Assembly (NCBI GenBank): GCA_025355855.1
Contig: JANXYU010000031.1
Coordinates: 1,530-65,529, forward strand
Source: Actinomycetota bacterium
GTDB lineage: Bacteria > Actinomycetota > JAHEXW01
Direction: 5' to 3'
DNA: 64,000 bases
In this document: positions 44,996-54,318 of the stretch, piece by piece
Position numbering within the stretch: the first letter of the stretch is position 1
Layout: each line of letters opens with the position of its first letter
Notes under the pieces: generated by a model
Database searches by the model: none
What the model was told of the DNA's origin: nothing
The model's input: only the letters and a program-made list of their open reading frames with translations
Position numbers and translations under genes: made by a program

Positions 44996-45287
44996 CCGAC
45001 TGCCGGTCTAAAGACCGGCAGCTACATCAAGCAATACCGACCCATGCTTGGATGGCGCGCTGTTGACGCGGATCTGGGTTCCATGTAGGCGCCAACCTTC
45101 AGGTCGGCGCCCGTGTCCGACTGCCGGTCTAAAGACCGGCAGCTACATCAAGCAATACCGACCCATGCTTGGATGGCGCGCTGTTGACGCGGATCTGGGT
45201 TCCATGTAGGCGCCAACCTTCAGGTTAACGCGGGTCTGGTTCCATGTAGGCGCCAACCTTCAGGTCGGCGCCCGTGTGCGACTGCCG
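44996..45287. repeat. BIME/REPIN-like array: 121-bp tandem unit with alternating inverted class A and class B GTAG-REPs
   Basis: A(-) 45000-45025, B(+) 45085-45110, A(-) 45121-45146, truncated B(+) 45206-45226, B(+) 45246-45271. The unit repeats at 44996 and 45117. Confidence 0.9.
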
Positions 45288-45295
45288 CTTAATGC

Positions 45296-45754
45296 CTAAC
45301 AATCGCAATAATCCCTATCTGATACCCACGAATAGGCATAATTGGTTTCATCTTGGACCAACCCACGCCGGACCGGGTTGTGTAGGATGTAGTCAGTCAC
45401 TCCCGCCAAACTCTCTTCTTTCCGAAGAATATGATCATAAAAGCTTCGTTGCCATAACCGCTTGTGTCGGCGCAGTTGGAACCAAAACTCACTCATTTGC
45501 TTAAACAGCCGGACGAATGCGCGTAAGTCAGCAACATTTTTTACCGTGCTCACCAACAAGTGCGCGTGTTCGGGCATTAAGCAATATGCGATTACTTCGA
45601 ATCCCGTAGCCTCAGCGCTCCTGGTAAGACAGGTTCGAATCATGCAGGCAACGTCGTCCGCAACAATCAACTTTTGTCCGTCGCAACAGCATGGCGTTAT
45701 TGAGTATGCATTCGCGCCAATATAACTATCCTCATCCAATCTGTTTTTTGTCAT
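45296..45754 (-). mobile_element. REP-associated tyrosine transposase (RAYT, HUH/Y1 family)
   Basis: AYSIT, YCLMPEHAHLL (HUH), LWQRSFYDHILR and YILHNPVRRGLV (catalytic Tyr, NP). REPs flank it on both sides. Confidence 0.92.
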
Positions 45755-45781
45755 ATATATCCTTACTTTATGTTGGTCGAG

Positions 45782-45807
45782 CTGCCGGTCTAAAGACCGG
45801 TAGCTAT
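45782..45807 (-). repeat. Degenerate class A REP upstream of the RAYT
   Basis: Minus strand reads ATAG-CTACCGGTC-TTTA-GACCGGCAG. Confidence 0.75.
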
Positions 45808-45835
45808 GCGTGAGCGCACCAACGACGACGCGCGG

Positions 45836-46576
45836 TCATTTGACCATGCTGACTATCAGAGGACCGGCGCTCAGGAGGATAAACGCCGGCAGAATCATGA
45901 AGACCAAGGGAAACAGCATTTTGACCGGCAGTTTCTGCGCCTCCGCTCGAACGGCCGCTGCCTGCTTGCCTCGCAGATTGGTGGCCATGTCTCGCAGGGG
46001 ACGGCCCAGCGGTTGGCCAAAGCGCTCGGCATCCGCCAGCAACTCGACAAAACGAGCGAAATCGCGTGACGGCGTCTGTGCGGCCGCCTGCGCTAAGGCC
46101 TGGCGCCGGGGCACTCCCAGATTGATCGCAGCTATGGCGGTATCTAGAGACATTCGCAACGGCCCCCCGCAATCCTCAACGGCGCGCGGCAAAGCCAGCG
46201 TCGGGCTTAAGCCCGCCGTCGTCATAACCGCCAGCAGTTCCGCCAAACGCGGCAACTCTGCGTCGATTGCCTGGCTGGCTTTGGCTCTGGCCGCCTTGAC
46301 GGCCAGCTCCGGCAGCAGCGTGGCAAGATAATACAAGGGAATCGTCGCCAAAACCCCGACCACGACGGGAAATACTACCAGAGCGGCAGCGCCGGCCACT
46401 ACACCGCAGGCGCGTTTGGCTCTATCAAAATCAGTCTCATTGAGGCTGTCCGCGTCGCCCTGCCCCGTCACCTGGCCGGCCAAGGCCCACGTGCTCGGCG
46501 TCGGCGCGACCGGCAACCAGTCAGGCAGATATCCACCCAGCGTAGCCAGCCCCGACCAGACATTGACGGTCAGCAT
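45836..46576 (-). CDS. TadC-like type II secretion system F family protein
   Basis: IDAELPRLAELLAV..AGLS, ERFGQPL, AEAQKLPVKMLFPLVFMILPA. Start chosen at the ATG overlapping the tadB stop; the ORF track start is 46657. Confidence 0.85.
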   Translation of the reverse strand: MLTVNVWSGLATLGGYLPDWLPVAPTPSTWALAGQVTGQGDADSLNETDFDRAKRACGVVAGAAALVVFPVVVGVLATIPLYYLATLLPELAVKAARAKASQAIDAELPRLAELLAVMTTAGLSPTLALPRAVEDCGGPLRMSLDTAIAAINLGVPRRQALAQAAAQTPSRDFARFVELLADAERFGQPLGRPLRDMATNLRGKQAAAVRAEAQKLPVKMLFPLVFMILPAFILLSAGPLIVSMVK

Positions 46577-47193
46577 AGGCGCTCCGGCGCCGCCAACCAG
46601 CGCAAGATCGCGTACCCGCCGCAATCCAGCGCCAGACCGAGGCCAACTATCAGCCACCCCATCGGGGTCCGCAGGGCCGCCTGCCCGCCGCCCCCCGGAA
46701 AAAAAAGCCAGAAACCAACCGGCAGAACCCCTAATACAACCGCTGAAAAGCGCGCCTGTGCAGTCAAAGACTCGATCTCTCGCCGCATGGCCAGTCGGCC
46801 CAAGGAGACTGTCGCCAACGAATCCAAAGCGGCGGCCGCATCCCCACCTTGCCGTAAAGCTACGCCCAAGACTGCGGCGGCGCTAGCCGCGTCACGCGTA
46901 TCCGCTCGATCCGCCAAACCGCGCAGCGTTTCATCGATAGACAAGCCGGCTGACAGTTCACCCGCGGCCAAAGCCAATTCTCCCGCCAGCGGACCCGAGA
47001 GGCGCCCCGCCGCCTCGCCCAAGATTTGCCTAATGGACCAACCAGCCCGCAAGGCCATCCCGCAGAACCGCAGAAACTCGGGCAGCTCTTCCTCTATTCC
47101 GCGGCGTCGGTCGGCCGTTCGACGAGAGTGAGATAGGCGCGCCCATAAGAGCCGGGCCGCGCTGAGCGCCTGCACTGTTGTCGGGTTAAACAT
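46570..47193 (-). CDS. TadB-like type II secretion system F family protein
   Basis: EELPEFL..ALRAGWS, QGGDAAAALDSLA, LTAQARFSA. Start chosen at the ATG overlapping the tadA stop. Confidence 0.8.
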   Translation of the reverse strand: MFNPTTVQALSAARLLWARLSHSRRTADRRRGIEEELPEFLRFCGMALRAGWSIRQILGEAAGRLSGPLAGELALAAGELSAGLSIDETLRGLADRADTRDAASAAAVLGVALRQGGDAAAALDSLATVSLGRLAMRREIESLTAQARFSAVVLGVLPVGFWLFFPGGGGQAALRTPMGWLIVGLGLALDCGGYAILRWLAAPERLC

Positions 47194-48274
47194 AAGCGCC
47201 TGCGGCGACATCGAATACGCCCGTGACATGGCGCACGCCGCGCTTATCCCGCTCGGTTTGAACGATCATCTCCACAGTCGCGCTCAACATGTCGCGCAAG
47301 GCGTTAAATGGCACATGGATATCGCTGGCAGCCATCATGACCTCCAGGCGTCGCAAAGCGTCCTCGCATGAGTTGGCGTGGACTGTGGTCAGTGAACCGG
47401 CGTGGCCTGTATTCATCGCCTGGATCATGTCCAAGGCTTCAGCGCCCCTGACTTCGCCGACGATTATCCTGTCCGGTCTCATCCGGAGCGCGTTGCGAAC
47501 CAGATCCCGAATCGTGACCTCCCCAAAACCTTCCAGGTTGCGCGGCCGGCTCTGCAGTCTGATCACGTGCGCTTTACCCAACCTCAGTTCCGCGGTATCT
47601 TCTATGGTCACGATCCGTTCGGCTGCAGGTATAAAGCCCGCCAGTACATTAAGGAGAGTTGTCTTGCCCGAACCGGTGCCGCCTGATATAACGAGGCTGC
47701 GTTTAGCGGCGACGGCGCCGCCCAATAAGCGTAACTGCGACCTCGTTAAGAACTCTGCCGCAACCAGTTCTTCGGCCGTCAGAGCCCGCGCCGGAAACCG
47801 GCGCACCGTCAGAACGGGGCCATCGACAGCCAGCGGCGGCAGGATGACATTGACGCGGGAGCCGTCGAGCAAGCGCCCGTCAGCGTACGGAACACTCTCA
47901 TCGACCCGTAACCCCAGCGGCCCCAACATTCTTTCCGCCAAATCGACTATGGCGGCATTGTCCGCGAAACAGATGGCGGCCGGTTCGATCAGGCCGGCCC
48001 GCTCGACAAATACGCTGTCCGGGCCATTCACCATGACTTCGGTTATCTCGGGATCATCAAAGACGGCCTCTAGGGGTCCATAGCCGGTGATTTCGGCGAA
48101 AAGCTGATCAACGCACGTCTCCATGTCCGCGGCTTTCATTATCAGCCGCTCGCGCCGGACAAAACCCTCAAAAGCACGCCCAAGGTCGTCCCGTCCGGCA
48201 CCCAGTGCTCCCTCGCCTGCCGCCACGTCATGTTTGAAACGTTGCTTTACCTTTTCCAACCAGCGCTTTTCCAT
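47186..48274 (-). CDS. TadA/CpaF pilus assembly ATPase
   Basis: ITEVMVNG, DGRLLDGSRVN, SGGTGSGKTT, IEDTAEL, RMRPDRIIVGEVRG and MNTGH. Confidence 0.95.
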   Translation of the reverse strand: MEKRWLEKVKQRFKHDVAAGEGALGAGRDDLGRAFEGFVRRERLIMKAADMETCVDQLFAEITGYGPLEAVFDDPEITEVMVNGPDSVFVERAGLIEPAAICFADNAAIVDLAERMLGPLGLRVDESVPYADGRLLDGSRVNVILPPLAVDGPVLTVRRFPARALTAEELVAAEFLTRSQLRLLGGAVAAKRSLVISGGTGSGKTTLLNVLAGFIPAAERIVTIEDTAELRLGKAHVIRLQSRPRNLEGFGEVTIRDLVRNALRMRPDRIIVGEVRGAEALDMIQAMNTGHAGSLTTVHANSCEDALRRLEVMMAASDIHVPFNALRDMLSATVEMIVQTERDKRGVRHVTGVFDVAAGAYV

Positions 48275-49516
48275 TTATCCAATAAGCCGTTGCCACAGCC
48301 GGCGCGGTTGCGCCAACTCGTCAAAAGGCCTTATACGCTGCGCAACTGCTACCAAAGCTCTCGTTATCGCCAGGTCCGTTCTCTCCGCCAAAACGGTCCC
48401 GTCACGATCAAATAAAATCCCGGCCCCTGTGTCCTCGGGAACGCTGACGGCAGCCTGGAGACCTGACAAACGCTCGACCTCAGATAGCTTTAAGGCGCCA
48501 GGCCGGTCACTCCGGTTAACAATCGCGGCCGCGCACAGCGGCCCGCCGGACACTGCCAGGTTCGTCGCCAAAGAACGGGCGCAAGTTGCCGAGCTTCGAT
48601 CAGGCGTCATTACCACCCAAACCTGGTCGAATAGAACCGCGATTTCCGCGGTAGGCCCCGGTGCCGGCCAGTCGACGATTATGACGTCAAAATGTTCAGC
48701 GGACACAGTCAGCAAACCGGTGAGCAGGGCTACCGCATCGGCGCCTTCGCCCGTTTCGACCGGTCCTGCCAGCCAACTAAAACCAAGGGGATGAGTTTGG
48801 ATAACGCTGGCGATATGATGCCAACGCAGCTCGGGCAATACCGGGACAATGTCGGCCAAGGATCGGTCATGATTATCAGGCCGCCTTATATGTCCGCCCA
48901 AAGCCCCGTATCTGAGGTCGCCGTCGATCAAACAGACGCGCGCCGCCGCGTGATGCGACAACATGCCGGCCAGCTGTAAGGCGACGAAACTCTTACCCGT
49001 GCCGCCGTCTGCCCCGCTAACCATGACTCTGATCACCCCTTTGCCAGCTGGGGATTCGTCCGCCTGGTCCGATTGAGCTTCGGAGTTCAGCTCGTCCTGA
49101 CTATTTAAAACGCGTTGCCGGTCCTTGGCCTCCGCCCAGCGGCGATAGATTCGGGCCTGCCAAACGCCCGGGTGCTCGTCCGGTAAAACTAGATCGCACG
49201 CGCCGCGGTCAAGCGCGGAGTGCAGTTCCGTCCAATCCCGTACTTCGGCCGCTCCGATAAGTAAGGCTATAGGATTGCCAAGTCCAGCGGCGCTTTTTAC
49301 CGCTCGCGGAAGCAAGGCAAGGAAACTAGTTGATATGAGAAATATGTCTATATCAGGCCGCGCCAAAGCCGGAATCAAAAGGTCCAATTCGGTTGCGGTG
49401 CCCGCGACCTGCCAACCGCAATCGTTTTGTACCGCCTGCCGCCAGGCTGTTACTATGTCACCTACCGAGTGAGCCAAAAAGATACGCGGTGAACAGGGTG
49501 CCGGGTTAGAGGTCAC
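48275..49516 (-). CDS. CpaE/TadZ-like MinD-family ATPase with a degenerate receiver-like N-terminus
   Basis: GADGGTGKS deviant P-loop, LIDGDL, FDVIIVD and VNR motifs. Upstream of tadA. Confidence 0.75.
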   Translation of the reverse strand: MTSNPAPCSPRIFLAHSVGDIVTAWRQAVQNDCGWQVAGTATELDLLIPALARPDIDIFLISTSFLALLPRAVKSAAGLGNPIALLIGAAEVRDWTELHSALDRGACDLVLPDEHPGVWQARIYRRWAEAKDRQRVLNSQDELNSEAQSDQADESPAGKGVIRVMVSGADGGTGKSFVALQLAGMLSHHAAARVCLIDGDLRYGALGGHIRRPDNHDRSLADIVPVLPELRWHHIASVIQTHPLGFSWLAGPVETGEGADAVALLTGLLTVSAEHFDVIIVDWPAPGPTAEIAVLFDQVWVVMTPDRSSATCARSLATNLAVSGGPLCAAAIVNRSDRPGALKLSEVERLSGLQAAVSVPEDTGAGILFDRDGTVLAERTDLAITRALVAVAQRIRPFDELAQPRRLWQRLIG

Positions 49517-50042
49517 CGAACGTCACCCCGTCTGTCGGCCGGCCGGTGTCCGGGCCGGCTGGGCATAGTGCCAATGATAATCGCGCGTTGGCCGCCGCGA
49601 AGGCAAGCGCTTCCGCCTCCTGAGGCGTGACAGATACGGTCAATCCGACGGTGGCGCCCTGCCGGGCCGCCGTAATAACGAGAACATGGTTGAGGATAGT
49701 GCGGGCCAGAGGTTGGCCATCGGGCGCCGTAGCAAACGCGCCCGTTACATCAATCCGGTCTCCCGCGCGCACGGCGCTCGCAACGGGATCAGCGGCCGGA
49801 AAACCCAAACCCACAGCGCGTTGCCCGCGTTGAGTCACCTCGACCAGTCTGATCTCTTCTAAAGGCTTGGAAGCCCGCCCGATATCATTCTTCACTCTCG
49901 ACGGCCCGGACGATTGCCAGGCCGACCCAAGTATCAGCATAAGCAGGAGTGAACATAGCCAGCCTGCATTGCGGCGCCATGTCCGGGCGACGCCGATTTT
50001 CCTGCCCCGCGTTAGACGCGAAGATGTTGTGTGCTTCTTCAT
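49506..50042 (-). CDS. RcpC/CpaB-like protein (short)
   Basis: TM helix, VRAGDRIDV, ILNHVLVI and TVSVTPQEAEALAFA. First gene of the tad cluster. Confidence 0.7.
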   Translation of the reverse strand: MKKHTTSSRLTRGRKIGVARTWRRNAGWLCSLLLMLILGSAWQSSGPSRVKNDIGRASKPLEEIRLVEVTQRGQRAVGLGFPAADPVASAVRAGDRIDVTGAFATAPDGQPLARTILNHVLVITAARQGATVGLTVSVTPQEAEALAFAAANARLSLALCPAGPDTGRPTDGVTFGDL

Positions 50043-50153
50043 ATCTTATTAATTAACGTATTCGTTCCAGATTGTCAAGATATTTATATATAAATGAGCA
50101 AAACTGGGTGCGCTAAAGTCCGGAGTAAAAGAAGTTGGCAAGCCTAGATGGTA

Positions 50154-51065
50154 TTACGCAGTCAAACGCCGATAGACCAGTGTCCAAGCAACAGAGCTGT
50201 AGGCCACGAATACGCCGTTTAGTATGGCCATAACCAGTGTGGCCAACAAGCCGACAAATATGCCCGCGGCGACTATCAGTACGCTCTTCGCGGCTACACC
50301 GCCGACCAGCATGGCGAGAGCCGGCAAGCCTATGGCCGCCCCCGGGATCAAAAGCACCACCCCGACCACGGCGCCGATAACACCCATCAGCAAGTACATC
50401 AGTAAAGTGTCGATCCAGCGCAGGCGCATTAACGAGAAGCCGCGACGCAATGCGTCGATGACCCCCGCGCCACCTAGGACAATATAGCGTGAGGCATAAT
50501 TAGCCGATACCCCCAGCAAGACAGCGATAACCACAAATACGGCGAAGAAGACAAGGCCCAACGGAATTAGGCAAAATAGAGCGGGTGTCATCGAAGACCC
50601 GGCCGAAGACCCGGCAATTACCGCTACGGCGACAATAGCAATCGGAACGGCAACGATCACCAATATGACGAAGCCAACCAAAAGGCTTAGACCGAGCAGC
50701 CGCCAGAAGTTCTTAAGTCCGATGCGCCAGCCTAGGCCCAAGCTGGCTGGTTCTTCTCTATCGGCGGCCGCCGCGCTGCCAATCAGGGCCCCTTGCGCGA
50801 TAATTGACGCTATCGTTATCGCTAGTCCAATCAGTATCAGCAAGAGTACCGCGAAGATAATAAGGACAAGATACGTCGAGACGAATTGGCCGAAGTTAGC
50901 GCCGGCCGAGGACGTGTTGCCGGACTTGGTTGAATAGTTAGAGATGTTGCTGAAGTTTGAACCGCCTGACCCCAGCGCGGCAAAGAAACCGAATAGCCAG
51001 AGCCATTTGTATTTCCAGACTATCTGCCAAGCTTTTTTAATGATGTCGGCATAATCAAGCTTCAT
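50154..51065 (-). CDS. Multi-pass membrane protein of unknown function
   Basis: 303-aa ORF with 6-7 hydrophobic segments and KAWQIVWKYKWLWLFG ... WTLVYRRL ends. Confidence 0.75.
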   Translation of the reverse strand: MKLDYADIIKKAWQIVWKYKWLWLFGFFAALGSGGSNFSNISNYSTKSGNTSSAGANFGQFVSTYLVLIIFAVLLLILIGLAITIASIIAQGALIGSAAAADREEPASLGLGWRIGLKNFWRLLGLSLLVGFVILVIVAVPIAIVAVAVIAGSSAGSSMTPALFCLIPLGLVFFAVFVVIAVLLGVSANYASRYIVLGGAGVIDALRRGFSLMRLRWIDTLLMYLLMGVIGAVVGVVLLIPGAAIGLPALAMLVGGVAAKSVLIVAAGIFVGLLATLVMAILNGVFVAYSSVAWTLVYRRLTA

Positions 51066-51198
51066 TCTTTGGCCTCCTTGGTTCGCGGTTTGTTCTAAGG
51101 ATACCGTTGCGCCTGTTTTTTTGCTAGCACGAGTTTAATAAGCGAAGTGGATATCAAAGCAAGGAATTCGTGTCGCGAGTTTCCTGCTGCCCCTAAAC

Positions 51199-53280
51199 TT
51201 AGGCAGTAAGAATCTTCCATATTAAGGATGAGAAGGCGAGAACAAGTAAGGCCAATAAAGTAGCGGCGCTCGATGTACTAATAGCCGAGACTCTCTTGAC
51301 ATTATCAGCGCGAGCGCGCGCGGCTGTGTGAGTGAGGGTTTTGGCGGCAGCGATCCCCGCTGGGCTCCCCGCTAGCGTAGACGCATCGTTTTGCGAACTT
51401 TCAAAAACTGGCAGCCCTGGCGCATCTAGAGCGAGCATCTGATCAACGGACGGCGCGGCGTTATCACCACTCGAAACCGCCGTAGGATTGACATCACCGA
51501 ATGAGTTCCTTTTGTTGTTGATTTCCGCGTATTGGACTATCGGCTGGTTGAGGAGCAGGCTGGCCATATGGGCGACTGATACGCCCGCCGGCACCGTAAA
51601 CGTATACCAGCCAGCGGGGTTACTTTTTACCGAGGTCAAACCGAACATTTGCACGAGGCTGGTGATAGCCGTTTGAGACGTACCTGTCTTGAATTTTACC
51701 AGCACCGCCTTATATCCCGTGAGTGAGGTAACTTGGCTATCGACTGACACGGTAATTGTCGCGGTCGCGCTGTTCCCCGCCGCGTCGTAGGCCTTCGCGC
51801 TTATTAAATGATTGCCTTTTGCGTAATATGTCAGATAGCAGGTCGTTCCATAGGGTGCCCCCGCGTCAGTCGTATCTAGTTCTCCGTCAATATAGAACTC
51901 GACCTTTGTGACCCCGATGTCATCACTAGCGTTGGCTGACAAGATAACTTTCCCATTGATCACCGCGCCGTCAGCCGGTGAACTGAAACTGACTATTGGC
52001 GCCGAGGCGCCTGCTACCTTAGTCAGGATCGTCCCGCTCTTGGGCGCCAGACTGATAGACGTAACAGTTTGACCATCTATGGTGCGATAGGAGCCGCCCA
52101 GAGGCACATTAAACGTCTGCCCGGAATCGGTGGGGTTGACTAGCACCTTTCCGTCCGTGAAATCCCGTTGATAGACATTGTTCAACGCATAATATGCCGA
52201 CAGGGGTTGCCCGACCGAAATCTCCCACAACGCTTCATAGGGCTGAACTGATGCGGCCACCGGAGGCAAGAAACTATAGCCCGTGGTTGGCCCCGATACA
52301 AGCAAGTATGAACTCAAACTATATATGTGCATCGCCTTCATCTGCTCAGCCGTTGCGTTGATATCTGAGTAGACAGCCGTCATCGCGTAGACCTTTTTGC
52401 CCAGTTGCGCGACGGCGCTCAACGCGTCAATGTCTTTCTTCCATTCCGTTTCAGTCTTATTAAAACTGGCCGCCTGCTGGCCCCACCGTAGAAAGCCTTC
52501 CATCAGCCCCGCGTCGGCTTTGGTCATGTAGGCTGCTACGTCCCAACTGTAATACGTGTCACCGTTTGATAACCCGTTGATCATAAGGGTTTTGGCCGGC
52601 CCGATCGCTTGTTTCATAGAGTCCAAGAATCCGATGTTAGCCTGCTTCCATTCGGCGTTCGTAAAAAGACCGCCGGTTGCCGGATTAACCGGCTGAGCAT
52701 TGTAATAGATTGTGCCGCTGTTTATCCACGGCAGGATAACGTCCAGATAGACGCCATCATAGCCTTTCGCCACCGTGTAATCTTGCAGTTGCTGCGCGCG
52801 GTAGGCTTTCCAATCCACGTTATTCGGGTTCAGCAGGAAGTTATTGGGAAAACTCTTTTCATATACGCGGTTCCCGCTGGCGTCTTTGAGAAACCAATCC
52901 GGATGATTAGCGTTGATGTAGGCCCAATCCGATTCATTCTTCACCGCGACAAGCGCATTTAAATACGGCAGGACCTGCAAAGATGGGTTCTGCTGATGCA
53001 GGTATGCGACCTTGCCATTGTAATAGGAATACCCATCGGTAACGAGGACATTATAATAAGCCGCCAGATACTGCAGATCCGCGTCGGTCTGGGCCGAATC
53101 CCAACGGTCAAAAGTAATGACTTTTAGATTTGCGTTCTTGGAGACCAGAGAGGGATAAACTTTGGGGACAATCATAAACAACAGTAAACCGATTGCAGGA
53201 ATAACGAATATCTTTGCTAACTTAACCAGCAAGCGCCTATTTTCGATACTAATTAGTGTCCCTTTTGGCAACCAAGCCAT
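51199..53280 (-). CDS. Membrane-anchored putative glycoside hydrolase (TIM barrel) with an Ig-like domain, a subtilase-prodomain-like module and a C-terminal TM helix
   Basis: HPDWFLKD, GYDGVYLD, MINGL and GLMEGF; SASDDIGVTKVEFYIDG (Big-type); VLVKFK...VQYAEIN (prodomain-like). Both termini are hydrophobic. Confidence 0.65.
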   Translation of the reverse strand: MAWLPKGTLISIENRRLLVKLAKIFVIPAIGLLLFMIVPKVYPSLVSKNANLKVITFDRWDSAQTDADLQYLAAYYNVLVTDGYSYYNGKVAYLHQQNPSLQVLPYLNALVAVKNESDWAYINANHPDWFLKDASGNRVYEKSFPNNFLLNPNNVDWKAYRAQQLQDYTVAKGYDGVYLDVILPWINSGTIYYNAQPVNPATGGLFTNAEWKQANIGFLDSMKQAIGPAKTLMINGLSNGDTYYSWDVAAYMTKADAGLMEGFLRWGQQAASFNKTETEWKKDIDALSAVAQLGKKVYAMTAVYSDINATAEQMKAMHIYSLSSYLLVSGPTTGYSFLPPVAASVQPYEALWEISVGQPLSAYYALNNVYQRDFTDGKVLVNPTDSGQTFNVPLGGSYRTIDGQTVTSISLAPKSGTILTKVAGASAPIVSFSSPADGAVINGKVILSANASDDIGVTKVEFYIDGELDTTDAGAPYGTTCYLTYYAKGNHLISAKAYDAAGNSATATITVSVDSQVTSLTGYKAVLVKFKTGTSQTAITSLVQMFGLTSVKSNPAGWYTFTVPAGVSVAHMASLLLNQPIVQYAEINNKRNSFGDVNPTAVSSGDNAAPSVDQMLALDAPGLPVFESSQNDASTLAGSPAGIAAAKTLTHTAARARADNVKRVSAISTSSAATLLALLVLAFSSLIWKILTA

Positions 53281-53412
53281 CTTTTAAACCTTTGTTAGAG
53301 ATTTTCTCACGAGGCAAGACATCAAGCTTCTTGATGGACTCCCTTTAATACTGTTTATCGGCCAGAAATAGCCGTCACCTTAGCCGTTAATGGCCGCAAT
53401 CGTCAACAAGGT

Positions 53413-54318
53413 TTAGTATGTTTTCTTGCGACAGACAAAAACGACTTTGCGTGTGACAAGGTCATTCTTTGTATAGCCGCCGTCTAGCAAAGCAGCCTCA
53501 ATGTCGGGCCCCAGCAGCTTCTCGCCTTCCCGCGTCAGTTCTTCAGATTCAACGTTGATGTGCCGGTTGAACATCTCGCGATACTCGTCTAGGCGCATTT
53601 TGTTCAAATACGTGTTAACAGGAAAGCGACTCTCTAAAAGGTGGTCCCAAGGAGGAACTCGTGCCGAAGGGTTCGTGTCCGGAGCTTCCCAGCTCAGATT
53701 ATGGCCGCCTGACAGGCTAGGCCACAAATGCACGCCGATCCAGGCAATTCCGCCAGGCTTTAGTACCCGGTTGACCTCTTTGATTGCGCCTAAAACGTCA
53801 TCGATGTGCTCAAAAACCCAAGCGCTATAAATTACATCAAAATAACTTTCGGGAAAGGCAAGGTCGGCCGCGTTCATAAGCCGAGTATCAAGGCCGTCAA
53901 GGCCAACCCCTGTGTCATACCTAGACGTGAGCAACGCAAAATATTTGCGATCGAAAAGATAATGTCGCAAAAGAGACTTGAGCGCTCGTTCCATGCCGTT
54001 GGTCTTTAGAACCTGCGCCAGAACGGGGAGACTCATGCGATAGGTCGGCACTTCCATATCTACGCCGGTGACGTCAGCTCCGTCGGCCTTGAATAGAAGC
54101 GTTTGGTCGGCGCGCTGGCCGCATCCCAAATCCAAAATCCTAGCTTTCGCCACGGAAACGTTCGTCTTAGCTTTGACGAGGTCGCATAGCTCATTATGAA
54201 ATTCTATCGTCTTTTCAACATTCCCGAACACGCCGGTCTGATAGCGGCGCAGGATGTTCCATGAAGACGCCAAACGCCGGGTTTTTGAAATGTTCTGACT
54301 GCTCATTGCGGATTTCAT
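53413..54318 (-). CDS. Class I SAM-dependent methyltransferase
   Basis: ILDLGCGQ, FDVIYSAWVFEHI and RVLKPGG motifs. Start forms an ATGA overlap with the upstream stop. Confidence 0.9.
   Translation of the reverse strand: MKSAMSSQNISKTRRLASSWNILRRYQTGVFGNVEKTIEFHNELCDLVKAKTNVSVAKARILDLGCGQRADQTLLFKADGADVTGVDMEVPTYRMSLPVLAQVLKTNGMERALKSLLRHYLFDRKYFALLTSRYDTGVGLDGLDTRLMNAADLAFPESYFDVIYSAWVFEHIDDVLGAIKEVNRVLKPGGIAWIGVHLWPSLSGGHNLSWEAPDTNPSARVPPWDHLLESRFPVNTYLNKMRLDEYREMFNRHINVESEELTREGEKLLGPDIEAALLDGGYTKNDLVTRKVVFVCRKKTY

Noticed and set aside
44996-45287. CRISPR array
   Set aside because: The intervening sequences are identical rather than unique spacers, the units are GTAG-REP hairpins, and there are no cas genes in the window.
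46691-46706. Phase-variable C6/A8 tracts in tadB
   Set aside because: The gene is in frame, the tracts are short and they encode an ordinary FFPGG segment. There is no evidence of switching.
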